DNA of 64,000 bases from Candidatus Omnitrophota bacterium. Its GTDB lineage: Bacteria > Omnitrophota > Omnitrophia > Omnitrophales > Aquincolibacteriaceae. Shown in pieces: positions 37,413 through 46,292 of this stretch. The stretch spans positions 76,007 to 140,006 of the forward strand of contig PLLJ01000039.1 in NCBI GenBank assembly GCA_003140935.1. The letters run 5' to 3'. Position numbers and translations under genes: made by a program. Position 1 is the stretch's first letter, and the number at the start of each line of letters is the position of its first letter. Under the pieces are notes generated by a model. It was given only the letters and a program-made list of their open reading frames with translations. It searched no databases and was not told where the DNA came from.

Positions 37413-38489
37413 GTGACGAACAAGTTGACGCCCAGCCGCTATAAAGAAATCCTTGCCGACGTCATCCGGCTTTTCAAGAACGTGGAGCATTCCCTGGTCA
37501 CGGCCTACTGGAAGACCGGTCAATACACCGTGGAGATCGAACAGGACGGCGAACCCCGCGCCGCCTATGGTGACGGCATCATTCACAAATTTTCCGAAGA
37601 ACTGACCGAAAACCTGGGACCGGGATTTTCCGTCACGAGTCTCCGGCGGATGCGCCAGTTTTATCTGGAAAACCGAAAACGCGCACCGGTGCGCGAATTG
37701 TCCTGGAGCCATCACGTCGTACTCATGCCGGTCACCGATGCCAAAGTACGCAAGGCCCTGGAGCAGAAAGCGGTCCGGGAAGGCCTGACCCGGGATAATC
37801 TCCGCGTTCTGGTCCGCCATGAAGCCGTGCGGGCGCAGGTCGCCGCTCAACTGAGAGCGCGGGAATCGGGACTAGGGATTCGTAAGGAGTTACTGAAAGT
37901 CCCGAAGCTGGGGCTTTTCGACACCTGCCGGATCAAGGACCCCAACGAAACCCCCTGGCCTGACAAGAACGTCCTGCTCCTGGACCACGGGTTCAAAGGC
38001 TACCGCGCCCTGATGCCCGCAGAAGCCCGCGGCCTGAAAGCCGGGGACATCGTCGCGTGGACCGGCGTGAAACTTGTGAAGAACGGCCGCACGGCCCAGG
38101 ACCTTTTCACTTACCGGGCCTATCTCGAGAGCGTGATCGACGGGGACACGCTCTGGGTCATGCTGGATACCAATATACGAGGGGCCAGCCGCCAGAAGCT
38201 GCGGCTCCGGGGGATCGATTGCCCCGAGATCAATACCGAGGAGGGAAAGAAGGCGAAACAGTTCGTGGAAAAGGTCCTGAAAGGCGTCCCGTCCCTCACC
38301 GTCCTGAGCAGCAAGAACCCCACCTTCGACCGCTACGAAGCGGATGTGTTTTTCCTTCCGGTACGAAGCCTCAAAGCTTCGACCGGAGGTACTGGAACCA
38401 AAGGGGACCAGTGTTCAAGTGACAAAGAGGGAAAAGAGGTCTACCTTAATAACCTGATCCTCGAGAACGGATATGCCGTTAAAGTATAA
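37413..38489 (+). CDS. DUF1016_N (YhcG-like N-terminal domain) fused to staphylococcal-nuclease-like (SNase) domain
   Basis: N-terminus has RELSWSHHVVLM (YhcG_N hallmark). C-terminus has DGDTLWV...RLRGIDCPE SNase motifs. GTG start with GGGAGG SD. Confidence 0.55.
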   Translation: MTNKLTPSRYKEILADVIRLFKNVEHSLVTAYWKTGQYTVEIEQDGEPRAAYGDGIIHKFSEELTENLGPGFSVTSLRRMRQFYLENRKRAPVRELSWSHHVVLMPVTDAKVRKALEQKAVREGLTRDNLRVLVRHEAVRAQVAAQLRARESGLGIRKELLKVPKLGLFDTCRIKDPNETPWPDKNVLLLDHGFKGYRALMPAEARGLKAGDIVAWTGVKLVKNGRTAQDLFTYRAYLESVIDGDTLWVMLDTNIRGASRQKLRLRGIDCPEINTEEGKKAKQFVEKVLKGVPSLTVLSSKNPTFDRYEADVFFLPVRSLKASTGGTGTKGDQCSSDKEGKEVYLNNLILENGYAVKV

Positions 38490-38494
38490 CTGCC

Positions 38495-38606
38495 GGGACT
38501 CGTTCCTCGGGACTCGGGACACGGCACTTAACTCAAATAATGCGGGGAACGGCAAACGGGTAACGGGTAACGCAAGCGTTCCACGTTCCACGAAAAAAAG
38601 GAGGGA
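38495..38606 (+). repeat. Conserved 5' leader motif family D, copy 2 (with internal insertion)
   Basis: gggactcgggacacgg[40-nt insert]gtaacgcaagcgttccacgttccacgaaaaaaaggagg before ATG 38610. Confidence 0.55.
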
Positions 38607-38609
38607 TCC

Positions 38610-38972
38610 ATGACTCAAAAGATCCTTGTGATCGATGACGAACCCGATCTTCGTCAGCTGGTTGAACTCCGGTTAAGGAAAAACCAATATGAGACCCTTG
38701 GCGCGTGTGACGGGAAGATGGGCCTTGAAATGGCCGGACGGGAACATCCGGATCTCATTCTCCTTGATGTCATGATGCCGGTCATGGATGGGATCGAGGC
38801 CCTCCGCGCCTTAAAACAGACTTCCGAAACAAGCGCCATTCCCGTGATCATGCTTTCACAGAAAAAAGAAACCAGTTTGATCATGAAGACAGCGGATATG
38901 GGCGCTGCCGATTACATCCCTAAACCATTTCTGGCTGAAGATCTATTGAGGTCCATCAAGAGGAACATTTGA
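38610..38972 (+). CDS. Single-domain response regulator (CheY-like)
   Basis: ILVIDDEPD, LLDVMMPVMDG and K in IPKP. Confidence 0.7.
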   Translation: MTQKILVIDDEPDLRQLVELRLRKNQYETLGACDGKMGLEMAGREHPDLILLDVMMPVMDGIEALRALKQTSETSAIPVIMLSQKKETSLIMKTADMGAADYIPKPFLAEDLLRSIKRNI

Positions 38973-39023
38973 AGTCCATCAAGAGGCACATCGCTCAACT
39001 TAAGTCATTCGGGGAACGCCTGG

Positions 39024-39109
39024 CTCTCATTGAATTTTTATTGAAAACCAGTGCAGCACTCGACAACTTTTTCATTTTTTTATTGGAAGTCCAGTGCGGT
39101 GAACGATGA
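39024..39109 (-). repeat. Structured intergenic repeat family B, copy 3 (inverted orientation)
   Basis: Reverse complement matches the 25685-25768 core and hairpin. Confidence 0.55.
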
Positions 39110-39276
39110 ACGAAAATAAAGCGGGACTCGGGACTCGTTCCTCGGGACGGTTTCGGCGAGATTTTGCACTTGCCGCTCATTGCGTCAAGTACGGCCTGTG
39201 GGAATTCGGATATTCCCTACTGGCCGACAATCTCGTCCGATCCACGCTACACGGGGTTAAAGCAACCAAGGAGTCG

Positions 39277-39693
39277 ATGATGTTTTTCTCAAAATGGAAA
39301 TCCCCGTTGTTTTTTTTGACCGTGTGCGGCGTGATCGCGTTGAGCGGCTGTCAGACGATCCGGGATCATAATGCCCGGTCCAAGGAGGAGATGCTTGCGG
39401 CCGCGGGTTTTCGGATGAAACAAGCCCTGACGCCGGAACAATTGGCGAATATCCAAAACATGCCGCAGCGTAAGCTGGTCCCGCATACGAAGGACGGCCG
39501 GGTCATGTATGTTTATGCGGATGCCAAAGCCTGCCGGTGTGTGTATGTGGGTACGGAAAAAAATTACCAGGATTATCAAAGAATGGTCTATCGGAAAGAG
39601 CTTGCCGAAGAACAGGAAACGACGGCGGAAATAAACAGCGAAAACAGGTTTAATTGGGACCTCTGGGGATCCTGGGGGCCTTGGGGTTATTAG
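39277..39693 (+). CDS. Lipoprotein, hypothetical
   Basis: SD AAGGAG, lipobox LSGC. The upstream part of track ORF 39106 contains family C repeats and is judged non-coding. Confidence 0.45.
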   Translation: MMFFSKWKSPLFFLTVCGVIALSGCQTIRDHNARSKEEMLAAAGFRMKQALTPEQLANIQNMPQRKLVPHTKDGRVMYVYADAKACRCVYVGTEKNYQDYQRMVYRKELAEEQETTAEINSENRFNWDLWGSWGPWGY

Positions 39694-39724
39694 CCGGAGG
39701 CAGCTCAACTAAGGAGCCATGAGA

Positions 39725-40030
39725 ATGAATATGAAAATGGCGATGATCCTGGGACTGGCGTTGCTGCTCCTTCCCTGCGGGCGGCTTCTCGCGTGGGACA
39801 ACAGCGCGAGGACGGAAGAGATCTCCGCCAAGGCGGAACAGGCCAGGGAAGACGTCCGCAACATGCAGTCGAAGGTCAATGATCTGCAAGAGCAGATCCA
39901 CCGGCTGGAGGACAAGATCAGCTCCAGGGATTCCAAGCTGGAGGCCTTGGAAAGACAGGCGAGGGAGCAGGCCGCTTTGGAACGGCGGGTGAGGCCCCTG
40001 GAAGGCGCGCGCGAAGAACGCAAAGAATAA
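39725..40030 (+). CDS. Secreted coiled-coil protein (paralog 1)
   Basis: Signal peptide then coiled-coil heptads. 70% identical to the downstream paralog. Confidence 0.4.
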   Translation: MNMKMAMILGLALLLLPCGRLLAWDNSARTEEISAKAEQAREDVRNMQSKVNDLQEQIHRLEDKISSRDSKLEALERQAREQAALERRVRPLEGAREERKE

Positions 40031-40081
40031 ACTAGACGGCGTTCCATGAGAAGAGATTAGATGATAATTAAGGAGTGAACG

Positions 40082-40429
40082 ATGAACATGAAAAGAACGA
40101 TGATGATCCTGGGACTGGCGTTGTCGCTCCTTCCTTGCGGGCGGGGGTTCGCGTGGAACGACAGCGCGCGGATGGACGCGATCGCCTCCAAAGCGGAGCA
40201 GGCCAATGAAGGCGTCCGTAACATGCAATCGAAGATCGATGACCTGCAGATGAAGATCAACCGGCTGGAGGACAAGATCAGTTCCCGGGATTACAAGATG
40301 GAGGCCTTGGAAAGAAAACTGAGGGAACAGGACACTCTGGACCGGCGGGTCAGGGCCCTGGAAGACGCGCGCGAAGACCGCAAACTCCCCACACAAACCA
40401 AGACCCTCCCCGGCAAGCCGAATCCTTAA
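40082..40429 (+). CDS. Secreted coiled-coil protein (paralog 2)
   Basis: SD AAGGAG. Tandem duplicate of 39725-40030. Confidence 0.4.
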   Translation: MNMKRTMMILGLALSLLPCGRGFAWNDSARMDAIASKAEQANEGVRNMQSKIDDLQMKINRLEDKISSRDYKMEALERKLREQDTLDRRVRALEDAREDRKLPTQTKTLPGKPNP

Positions 40430-40436
40430 CAAACGG

Positions 40437-40473
40437 TCGGGACTTGGGACTCGTTCCTCGGGACTCGTACGTT
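40437..40473. repeat. REP-like family C copy
   Basis: tcgggacttgggactcgttcctcgggactcg. Confidence 0.55.
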
Positions 40474-40493
40474 GGAGCGCGGGAAAAATTAAT

Positions 40494-41324
40494 ATGAATA
40501 TTGCGGTATTGGGATTGGGGATCATCGGGAGCATCTGGGCAAAGAACCTGGCGGCGGACGAACACCGGGTACGGTGCTGGAACCGTACGCCCAAAGAGTT
40601 CCCGGGTTTTCGCGCGTCGATCCACGAGGCGATCGAGGGGGCGGAAGCGATCTTCATCGTGGTCGCGGACCCGCCCGCGGTACAGTCGGTGCTGAGGCAG
40701 ATCCTCCCGAAGCTCCGTCCCAGGCAGATGATCCTTCAATCGAGCACGATCTCCGCGAAATGGACCCTGCGATTCGCGGAGGAGGTCCGGAAAACCGGAG
40801 CGCTCTTCGTGGAAGCGCCGTTCACGGGCAGTAAACCTGCGGCCGAGCTGCGGCAGACCGTTTTTTATTTAGGCGGAGAGCCGGAGGACGTTGCGAAAGC
40901 GCTTCCCATCCTCGAAACGCTCTCGAGCGCGATCCTGCATATCGGGCCTCTCGGAACGGCCTCCACGCTCAAGCTTGCCATGAATTTGAATATCGCCGGC
41001 ATGGCCCAGGCCTTATGCGAAAGCCTGGCCCTGTGCCGTGCTGCGGGGATCCCGGATGAAATTTATTTCAAGGCCTTGTCCCGGAACGCGTCTCGTTCGG
41101 GGCTTTCAGACCTCAAAGAGCTGCGGCTCCGGCAGCAGGACTACAGTCCGCAATTTTCGCTCAAGCACATGGACAAAGACCTGCGCCTCGCACTTGAGAC
41201 CGCCGCCGATCTCTCGCTTCCGCTCGAACAGACCCGGGAGCTCAAGAAGATCTACGACAAAGGCATGGCCGCGGGCTGGAAAGACGAGGATTTCATCGGC
41301 CTCATCCGGCTTTTGCGCCGGTAG
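40494..41324 (+). CDS. NAD(P)-dependent oxidoreductase, 3-hydroxyisobutyrate/6-phosphogluconate dehydrogenase-like family
   Basis: Rossmann motif AVLGLGIIGS and HIBADH-like C-terminal helical domain. Confidence 0.6.
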   Translation: MNIAVLGLGIIGSIWAKNLAADEHRVRCWNRTPKEFPGFRASIHEAIEGAEAIFIVVADPPAVQSVLRQILPKLRPRQMILQSSTISAKWTLRFAEEVRKTGALFVEAPFTGSKPAAELRQTVFYLGGEPEDVAKALPILETLSSAILHIGPLGTASTLKLAMNLNIAGMAQALCESLALCRAAGIPDEIYFKALSRNASRSGLSDLKELRLRQQDYSPQFSLKHMDKDLRLALETAADLSLPLEQTRELKKIYDKGMAAGWKDEDFIGLIRLLRR

Positions 41325-41572
41325 AACGGCACTCCCGGGTTGCAGTGGCCCTTATGCCGTATATCCTTCACAGGTTCAAATCCCGCCTTTTAGAAACCCC
41401 GAGCAGCGGATGACAATAAAAACGGCCATGCTTTTGTGTCTGCGGTTTAAGAAGCCGGGGTTCGCACAATTTTTATAGGGAGGCTAAGCAACCTCATATA
41501 GAATATCCTGCCCATGAGAGAAATAAGCCGAAAAGATCATTCATTTGAGCCTGAGGTTGCGGAAAAGCCGCT

Positions 41573-43318
41573 ATGAAAGAAAAGAATTCTCCGCAACCGG
41601 GAGTATCCCTGCAACAAAAAATAGCCCTGGTGGTTTTGGGCCTATGCTTGTCTCTGGTGCTTCTTGAAACGGGAATGCGCCTGGGCGGGTTTGTCCTGTC
41701 ATCGATCCAAGAGTATGGGAATTTACAGTCCATCAAACAAAAGGGCGCCTACCGTATCCTCTGCCTGGGGGAGTCCACGACCCAGGGACAATACCCCCAA
41801 CGTCTCGAGCAGATCTTGAACCAACGCAATGCCGGAGTGCGTTTCAGCGTTATCGATAAAGGCCTATACGCCACAAACTCTTCCGCCATATTAAGCCGAG
41901 TCGGACCCTATTTGGACGAGTATCATCCCGATATGGTGATCGCCATGATGGGGATCAATGATTGGGGGAAACATATGCCCTTGGAGGTCCCTACGACTTC
42001 GAAAGGAACGCTTTTCATCCGGTCGTTCAGGGTTTATAAGCTGATGCGGCTTCTTGAGCTGCATCTCTTGAAGAAAGCCGGGGAGATGGGGTTTTATAAA
42101 CCTGACGAGGCTAGACGAAGTTCTTGGAAGGCTCAAACCCCTGTTCCCAAAACCGGCCCCAGAGAATCCTCTGCGAAGGCTATTTCAGCCGGAGGATCAT
42201 TCCAGAACACAGCCTTCATCAAGACCCAAGAGATGAGGTCTTATAAACCTGAAGTGGATGAACGAAATCCCGGGAAGGCTCAAATTCCTCTTCCGGGGAC
42301 CGGGTCAAAAGAAACTTCTGCGGAGGCTGTTTCGATCGAAGAGCCATCGAGAAAGGCTACCGGGCCGAGTTCCCCAAACGATAAGGTTTTCGTTGATGTT
42401 GGGAAGGCTCAACGAGACCAAAGCCCATACCCACAGGACGAAAACTCTCTCAAGAGAGCTGTCGAGCGAGATCCTAAAAATTATGAGGCCTACCGCGCAT
42501 TAGGGGGGTTTTATCAGGATCAAGGCAAATTACCCCAAGCCGAAGCCTCTCTCCGGAAGGTCGTCGAGCTTGATCCGAAGAGCGCTCCTGCCTACGTTCA
42601 CCTCGGGACACTTTTTCAGCTGCAAGGCAAATTTTCCCAAGCCGAAACCTCTTTTAAAAAAGCCATCGAACTTAATCCGGAACAAAGTGAAGCCTACCGT
42701 GGGTTAGCGGAGCTCTATGAAGGTGGTCACACCGGCAAGGCGGAAGTGATGTTTAAGAAAGCCATCGAGGTTGATCCTAAAAACTTTGAAGCTTGCCTTG
42801 ATCTGGGATGGCTCTATCGACGGCAGAAAAGATTTCTGGAAGCCGAGGAATTCTTCAAGAAAGCCATGGAGCGGAGCCGTCTCCAAAATGACGACGACGG
42901 CTACTCGAGGGGCCGCACATTGAGGACCATGGCGTCTTTATACGAAGAAATGGGTAAACCCGGGTTGGCAAAAGAATATGTTCAAAAGATAGCCGGGCCG
43001 GGATTAGAGTGTTATCCGGTTACCCTTCACAACTATCGCAAGCTTAAGGAAACCCTGGATCAAAAGGGAATCAAACTGGTTTGTATGCAGTATCCCATGC
43101 GAAAGGTGGAAACACTCAAGAGAATTTTCGGGAGAAACGAAGGCGTTATTTTTGTCGATAACGAAAGCCTGTTCGCGGAAGCGGTGAAGAAAGGAAGTTA
43201 CAAGGAGTATTTTAAAGATATGTTCGCCGGCGACTTCGGCCATTGCACTCAGAAAGGCAACGAGCTTTTAGCTCAAAATATCGCCGCTGTGATCCTCAAA
43301 GAAGTATTTAACCAATAG
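41573..43318 (+). CDS. Membrane-anchored SGNH/GDSL-like hydrolase split by TPR repeats (paralog 1)
   Basis: N-terminal TM helix. CLGESTTQG (block I-like), central TPR repeats, C-terminal GDFGHCT (DxxH block V). Confidence 0.5.
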   Translation: MKEKNSPQPGVSLQQKIALVVLGLCLSLVLLETGMRLGGFVLSSIQEYGNLQSIKQKGAYRILCLGESTTQGQYPQRLEQILNQRNAGVRFSVIDKGLYATNSSAILSRVGPYLDEYHPDMVIAMMGINDWGKHMPLEVPTTSKGTLFIRSFRVYKLMRLLELHLLKKAGEMGFYKPDEARRSSWKAQTPVPKTGPRESSAKAISAGGSFQNTAFIKTQEMRSYKPEVDERNPGKAQIPLPGTGSKETSAEAVSIEEPSRKATGPSSPNDKVFVDVGKAQRDQSPYPQDENSLKRAVERDPKNYEAYRALGGFYQDQGKLPQAEASLRKVVELDPKSAPAYVHLGTLFQLQGKFSQAETSFKKAIELNPEQSEAYRGLAELYEGGHTGKAEVMFKKAIEVDPKNFEACLDLGWLYRRQKRFLEAEEFFKKAMERSRLQNDDDGYSRGRTLRTMASLYEEMGKPGLAKEYVQKIAGPGLECYPVTLHNYRKLKETLDQKGIKLVCMQYPMRKVETLKRIFGRNEGVIFVDNESLFAEAVKKGSYKEYFKDMFAGDFGHCTQKGNELLAQNIAAVILKEVFNQ

Positions 43319-43385
43319 GAAGACCGGCATAATGCCGGCGATTGTTTTTCTCGCGGGCTTAATCCGGAGCACGTAAAAGAAAATT

Positions 43386-44909
43386 ATGAAAAACACACCC
43401 ACGAAAATGGCGACCTCGTTCTGGCAAAAAATAGCCCTGATGGTCTTGGGCCTATGCTTGTCTCTGGTGCTTCTTGAAACGGGAATGCGCCTGGGCGGGT
43501 TTGTCCTGTCATCGATCCAAGAGTATGGGAATTTACGATCGATCAAACAAAAGGGCGCCTACCGCATCCTCTGTCTGGGGGAGTCCACGACCCAGGGACA
43601 ATACCCCCGTCTTCTCGAGCAGATCCTGAATCGGCGAAATATCGGAGTGCGTTTCAGCGTCATCGATAAAGGAAAAGATGGTGTAAAAACCTTCGTTTTA
43701 TTAAACCAGCTGGGATCTTACCTTGATGAATATCATCCCGATATGGTCGTTGCGATGATGGGGATCAATGACCTGGGAAGGCATCTGCCCTTGGAGGCGC
43801 CCACGACTTCGAAAGGAACGCTTTTCATCCGGTCCTTCAGAGTTTATAAGCTGATGCGGCTTCTTGGGCTGCATATTTTGACGAAAGCCGAAGCGATGGG
43901 GCTTTATAAACCTGCCGCAGACAAACCGGTTTCCGTAAAAGCTGAGACTCCTCCGAAAGCCGAGACCCCTGTAAAGGCTGAAATCCCTTTGAAGATCGAA
44001 ACTCCCGTAACCGTTCAAGCCCCTCTTTCCGGAACCGCGTCAAAAAAAACTTCCCCCCAGGATATTTTTACCGGAGATGCCCCTAAGGGCGATAAAGATT
44101 ACATCGGATTAGGGTGGCTTTATAAAGAGCAAGGCAAATTACCCCAAGCCGAAGCCTCTTTCAGGAAAGCCATCGAGCTTCATCCCCAAAGCTTTAAGCC
44201 CTACTTTGGATTGGGATGGTTTTATCTGGAGCAAGGCAAATTACCCCAAGCCAAAGCCTCTTTCCGGAAAGCCATCGAGCTTAATCCGGAGTGCGACGAA
44301 GCCTACGCTGGACTCGGGTCGCTTTTTCTTAATCTGGACGAATTCTCCCAAGCCGAAAGCTTATTCAAGAAAGCCATCGAGATCAACCCGGGAGCTATGG
44401 CGGCTTTTTCCGATCTGGGGCGGCTTTACCGGAATCACGGACAATTATCACAGGCTGAAGATTCCTATCGAAGGGCCATCGAGCTTGATCCTCATAACGA
44501 ATCCGTCCTGAGGGCCCTGACGTCTCTCTACGAAGAACTGGGCCAGCCCGAGTTGGCAAAAAAATATGCCCGGAAGATAGCCGAACTGAGATTCGGGGGT
44601 TATTCTGCGGTGACCATTGACAACTATCGAAAGCTGAAAGAGATCCTGGACCGGAAAGGGATCAAACTGGTCTGCGCGCAGTATCCCATGCGAAACGCGG
44701 GGCCTTTAAAGAAAATATTCGAGAATGATGAAGACGTTATTATTGTCGATAACGAGGGCCTCTTCACGGAAGCGGTGAGGAAGGGAAGTTACAAAGAATA
44801 TTTCAGAGACATGTTCGCCGGGGACTTCGGCCATTGCACCCTCAAAGGGAATACGCTTTTAGCTCAAAATTTCGCCGATGTGATCCTCAAGGAAGTGTTC
44901 AACAAGTAG
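43386..44909 (+). CDS. Membrane-anchored SGNH/GDSL-like hydrolase with TPR repeats (paralog 2)
   Basis: Same architecture as paralog 1. 5' 250 nt about 95% identical to paralog 1. Confidence 0.5.
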   Translation: MKNTPTKMATSFWQKIALMVLGLCLSLVLLETGMRLGGFVLSSIQEYGNLRSIKQKGAYRILCLGESTTQGQYPRLLEQILNRRNIGVRFSVIDKGKDGVKTFVLLNQLGSYLDEYHPDMVVAMMGINDLGRHLPLEAPTTSKGTLFIRSFRVYKLMRLLGLHILTKAEAMGLYKPAADKPVSVKAETPPKAETPVKAEIPLKIETPVTVQAPLSGTASKKTSPQDIFTGDAPKGDKDYIGLGWLYKEQGKLPQAEASFRKAIELHPQSFKPYFGLGWFYLEQGKLPQAKASFRKAIELNPECDEAYAGLGSLFLNLDEFSQAESLFKKAIEINPGAMAAFSDLGRLYRNHGQLSQAEDSYRRAIELDPHNESVLRALTSLYEELGQPELAKKYARKIAELRFGGYSAVTIDNYRKLKEILDRKGIKLVCAQYPMRNAGPLKKIFENDEDVIIVDNEGLFTEAVRKGSYKEYFRDMFAGDFGHCTLKGNTLLAQNFADVILKEVFNK

Positions 44910-45114
44910 CAAGACCGAAAAACCGTTCCCTGTAACGGCAGACGGGGAGTACAAACTTAGTAGAACGGCACCCCGAGGCTAAAATGGTTTTTGTGCCGTC
45001 TATCCTATCCGCCACACAGCGTGGACGGATCCGTCCGTGAAATTTGGCGGATAGAATATAGGGCACGGCGCTTAGAAGATCCGGATGTAAACGCGCTTCA
45101 TGGGGAGGTCCCTT

Positions 45115-45591
45115 GTGACGAAATGGTTTTTTGCGTTTTTTCTGATCCTGGCTCTGGCCCTGGCTTTTACGGCGGGGTTACGGATCGATCCCGAAGTTTT
45201 GGCGGAAAAACTTCACATGAAACCCGATCCGAACGTTGAAACCCTCCGGAAAATGGGGATCGATCCCGGCCAGATCGGTTTTAAGAGCAAGCCTTGGTGC
45301 ACTTTTCGTTCCGAGGACAATTTATTCAAACGGATCGATTGGAGCGCATGGATCGGGCCGGAAATGATGAAGGAAGCTTCACGGAAAGTCTCCCAAATGA
45401 AAAAAAATACGTGGAGCCCCGGCCCCGCGGAGGTCGCGGAATCCCTGGCGACGGAGGGGGCCGCGCAAGCCCGCCGCGATCAGCTGAGAGCGGAAGCGGG
45501 ATTGAAGGACGCGCGGGACACGCGGAACGCGATGCAGAAATGGGCGGGCACCTCGCCGTCATCCCAGGGAACGGAAGAGACGGAATCATAA
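45115..45591 (+). CDS. Hypothetical membrane-anchored protein
   Basis: GTG after GGAGGT SD and N-terminal TM helix. No domain recognised. Confidence 0.3.
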   Translation: MTKWFFAFFLILALALAFTAGLRIDPEVLAEKLHMKPDPNVETLRKMGIDPGQIGFKSKPWCTFRSEDNLFKRIDWSAWIGPEMMKEASRKVSQMKKNTWSPGPAEVAESLATEGAAQARRDQLRAEAGLKDARDTRNAMQKWAGTSPSSQGTEETES

Positions 45592-45695
45592 ATCCGGTAC
45601 CCACCGGAGAGCGCCCCAAAACCGCAGTAGCCCTGATGCCGTATATCCTATATGATATGCGGCACACGGGGCCAAGACAAAGGGGCGTAAAACAA

Positions 45696-45938
45696 ATGAC
45701 CGCAGAGCCAATGACGAAGACTTCATCGGAGGAGTTGCAGCGGAAGATCGGAAATGCCGTGGCAAAGGCGAGGCGCGAGCAGGGGCTGACGCAGCAGGCG
45801 CTGGCGCGCGGCATGGGAACGCGTCAGGCCAACATTTCCCGGATCGAGCGGGGGCTGCAGAATCTTTCGCTCGACCTTCTCATGCGCCTGAACCAGGCGC
45901 TGGACCTTTGCCTCAAGATCGAGCTTTCAAAGAATTGA
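45696..45938 (+). CDS. XRE-family HTH transcriptional regulator
   Basis: GLTQQALARGMGTRQANISRIERG is a canonical Cro/C1 HTH. Confidence 0.6.
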   Translation: MTAEPMTKTSSEELQRKIGNAVAKARREQGLTQQALARGMGTRQANISRIERGLQNLSLDLLMRLNQALDLCLKIELSKN

Positions 45939-45989
45939 ACGATGCCCGGCACCCTCCGGATCGGTCGAAATGGACGGAGAGGCCATGCC

Positions 45990-46235
45990 ATGCGTAAATT
46001 CGCGATCGCGTTCTTTGTCCTCGTTTTGATGTCCGGCGAGTTGCCCGCGAACGCTTATGTGAAGGTTTGTTACAGGAATAAGGATACTGCGATGGAAAAA
46101 GCCGGGGACTGGTTCGCCACGCTCGGCAAAAAAGGAATAGAAAAAAACAATATCCTGGCCAAGCGCAGGCACGACCGTTTTACGGCCTGCGTCCAAAGAA
46201 ATCTGGACACCGGACCGCGGGGAAAGCTTGGATAA
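45990..46235 (+). CDS. Small secreted hypothetical protein
   Basis: Signal peptide MRKFAIAFFVLVLMSGELPANA after GGAGAGG. Confidence 0.3.
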   Translation: MRKFAIAFFVLVLMSGELPANAYVKVCYRNKDTAMEKAGDWFATLGKKGIEKNNILAKRRHDRFTACVQRNLDTGPRGKLG

Positions 46236-46292
46236 CAGGCTTTGGAACGGTGCCGGGTACTTTTGAGTCACTCATAAGGAGATCCAAGCAAG

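Noticed and set aside
38951-38995. 22-bp tandem duplication (gaggtccatcaagaggaacatt / gaagtccatcaagaggcacatcg) at the 3' end of the regulator gene
   Set aside because: Looks like a simple slipped duplication spanning the stop codon. No further structure or recurrence.
39106-39276. N-terminal 57 aa of track ORF 39106-39693
   Set aside because: Contains the family C repeat and lacks an RBS. A lipoprotein signal peptide with AAGGAG SD starts at 39277, which is the preferred start.
39650-40657. 335-aa minus-strand ORF spanning both coiled-coil genes
   Set aside because: Antisense shadow of two + strand genes that have signal peptides, SDs and paralog conservation. The minus-strand ORF has no SD and is low-complexity Pro/Arg-rich, typical of GC-rich antisense.
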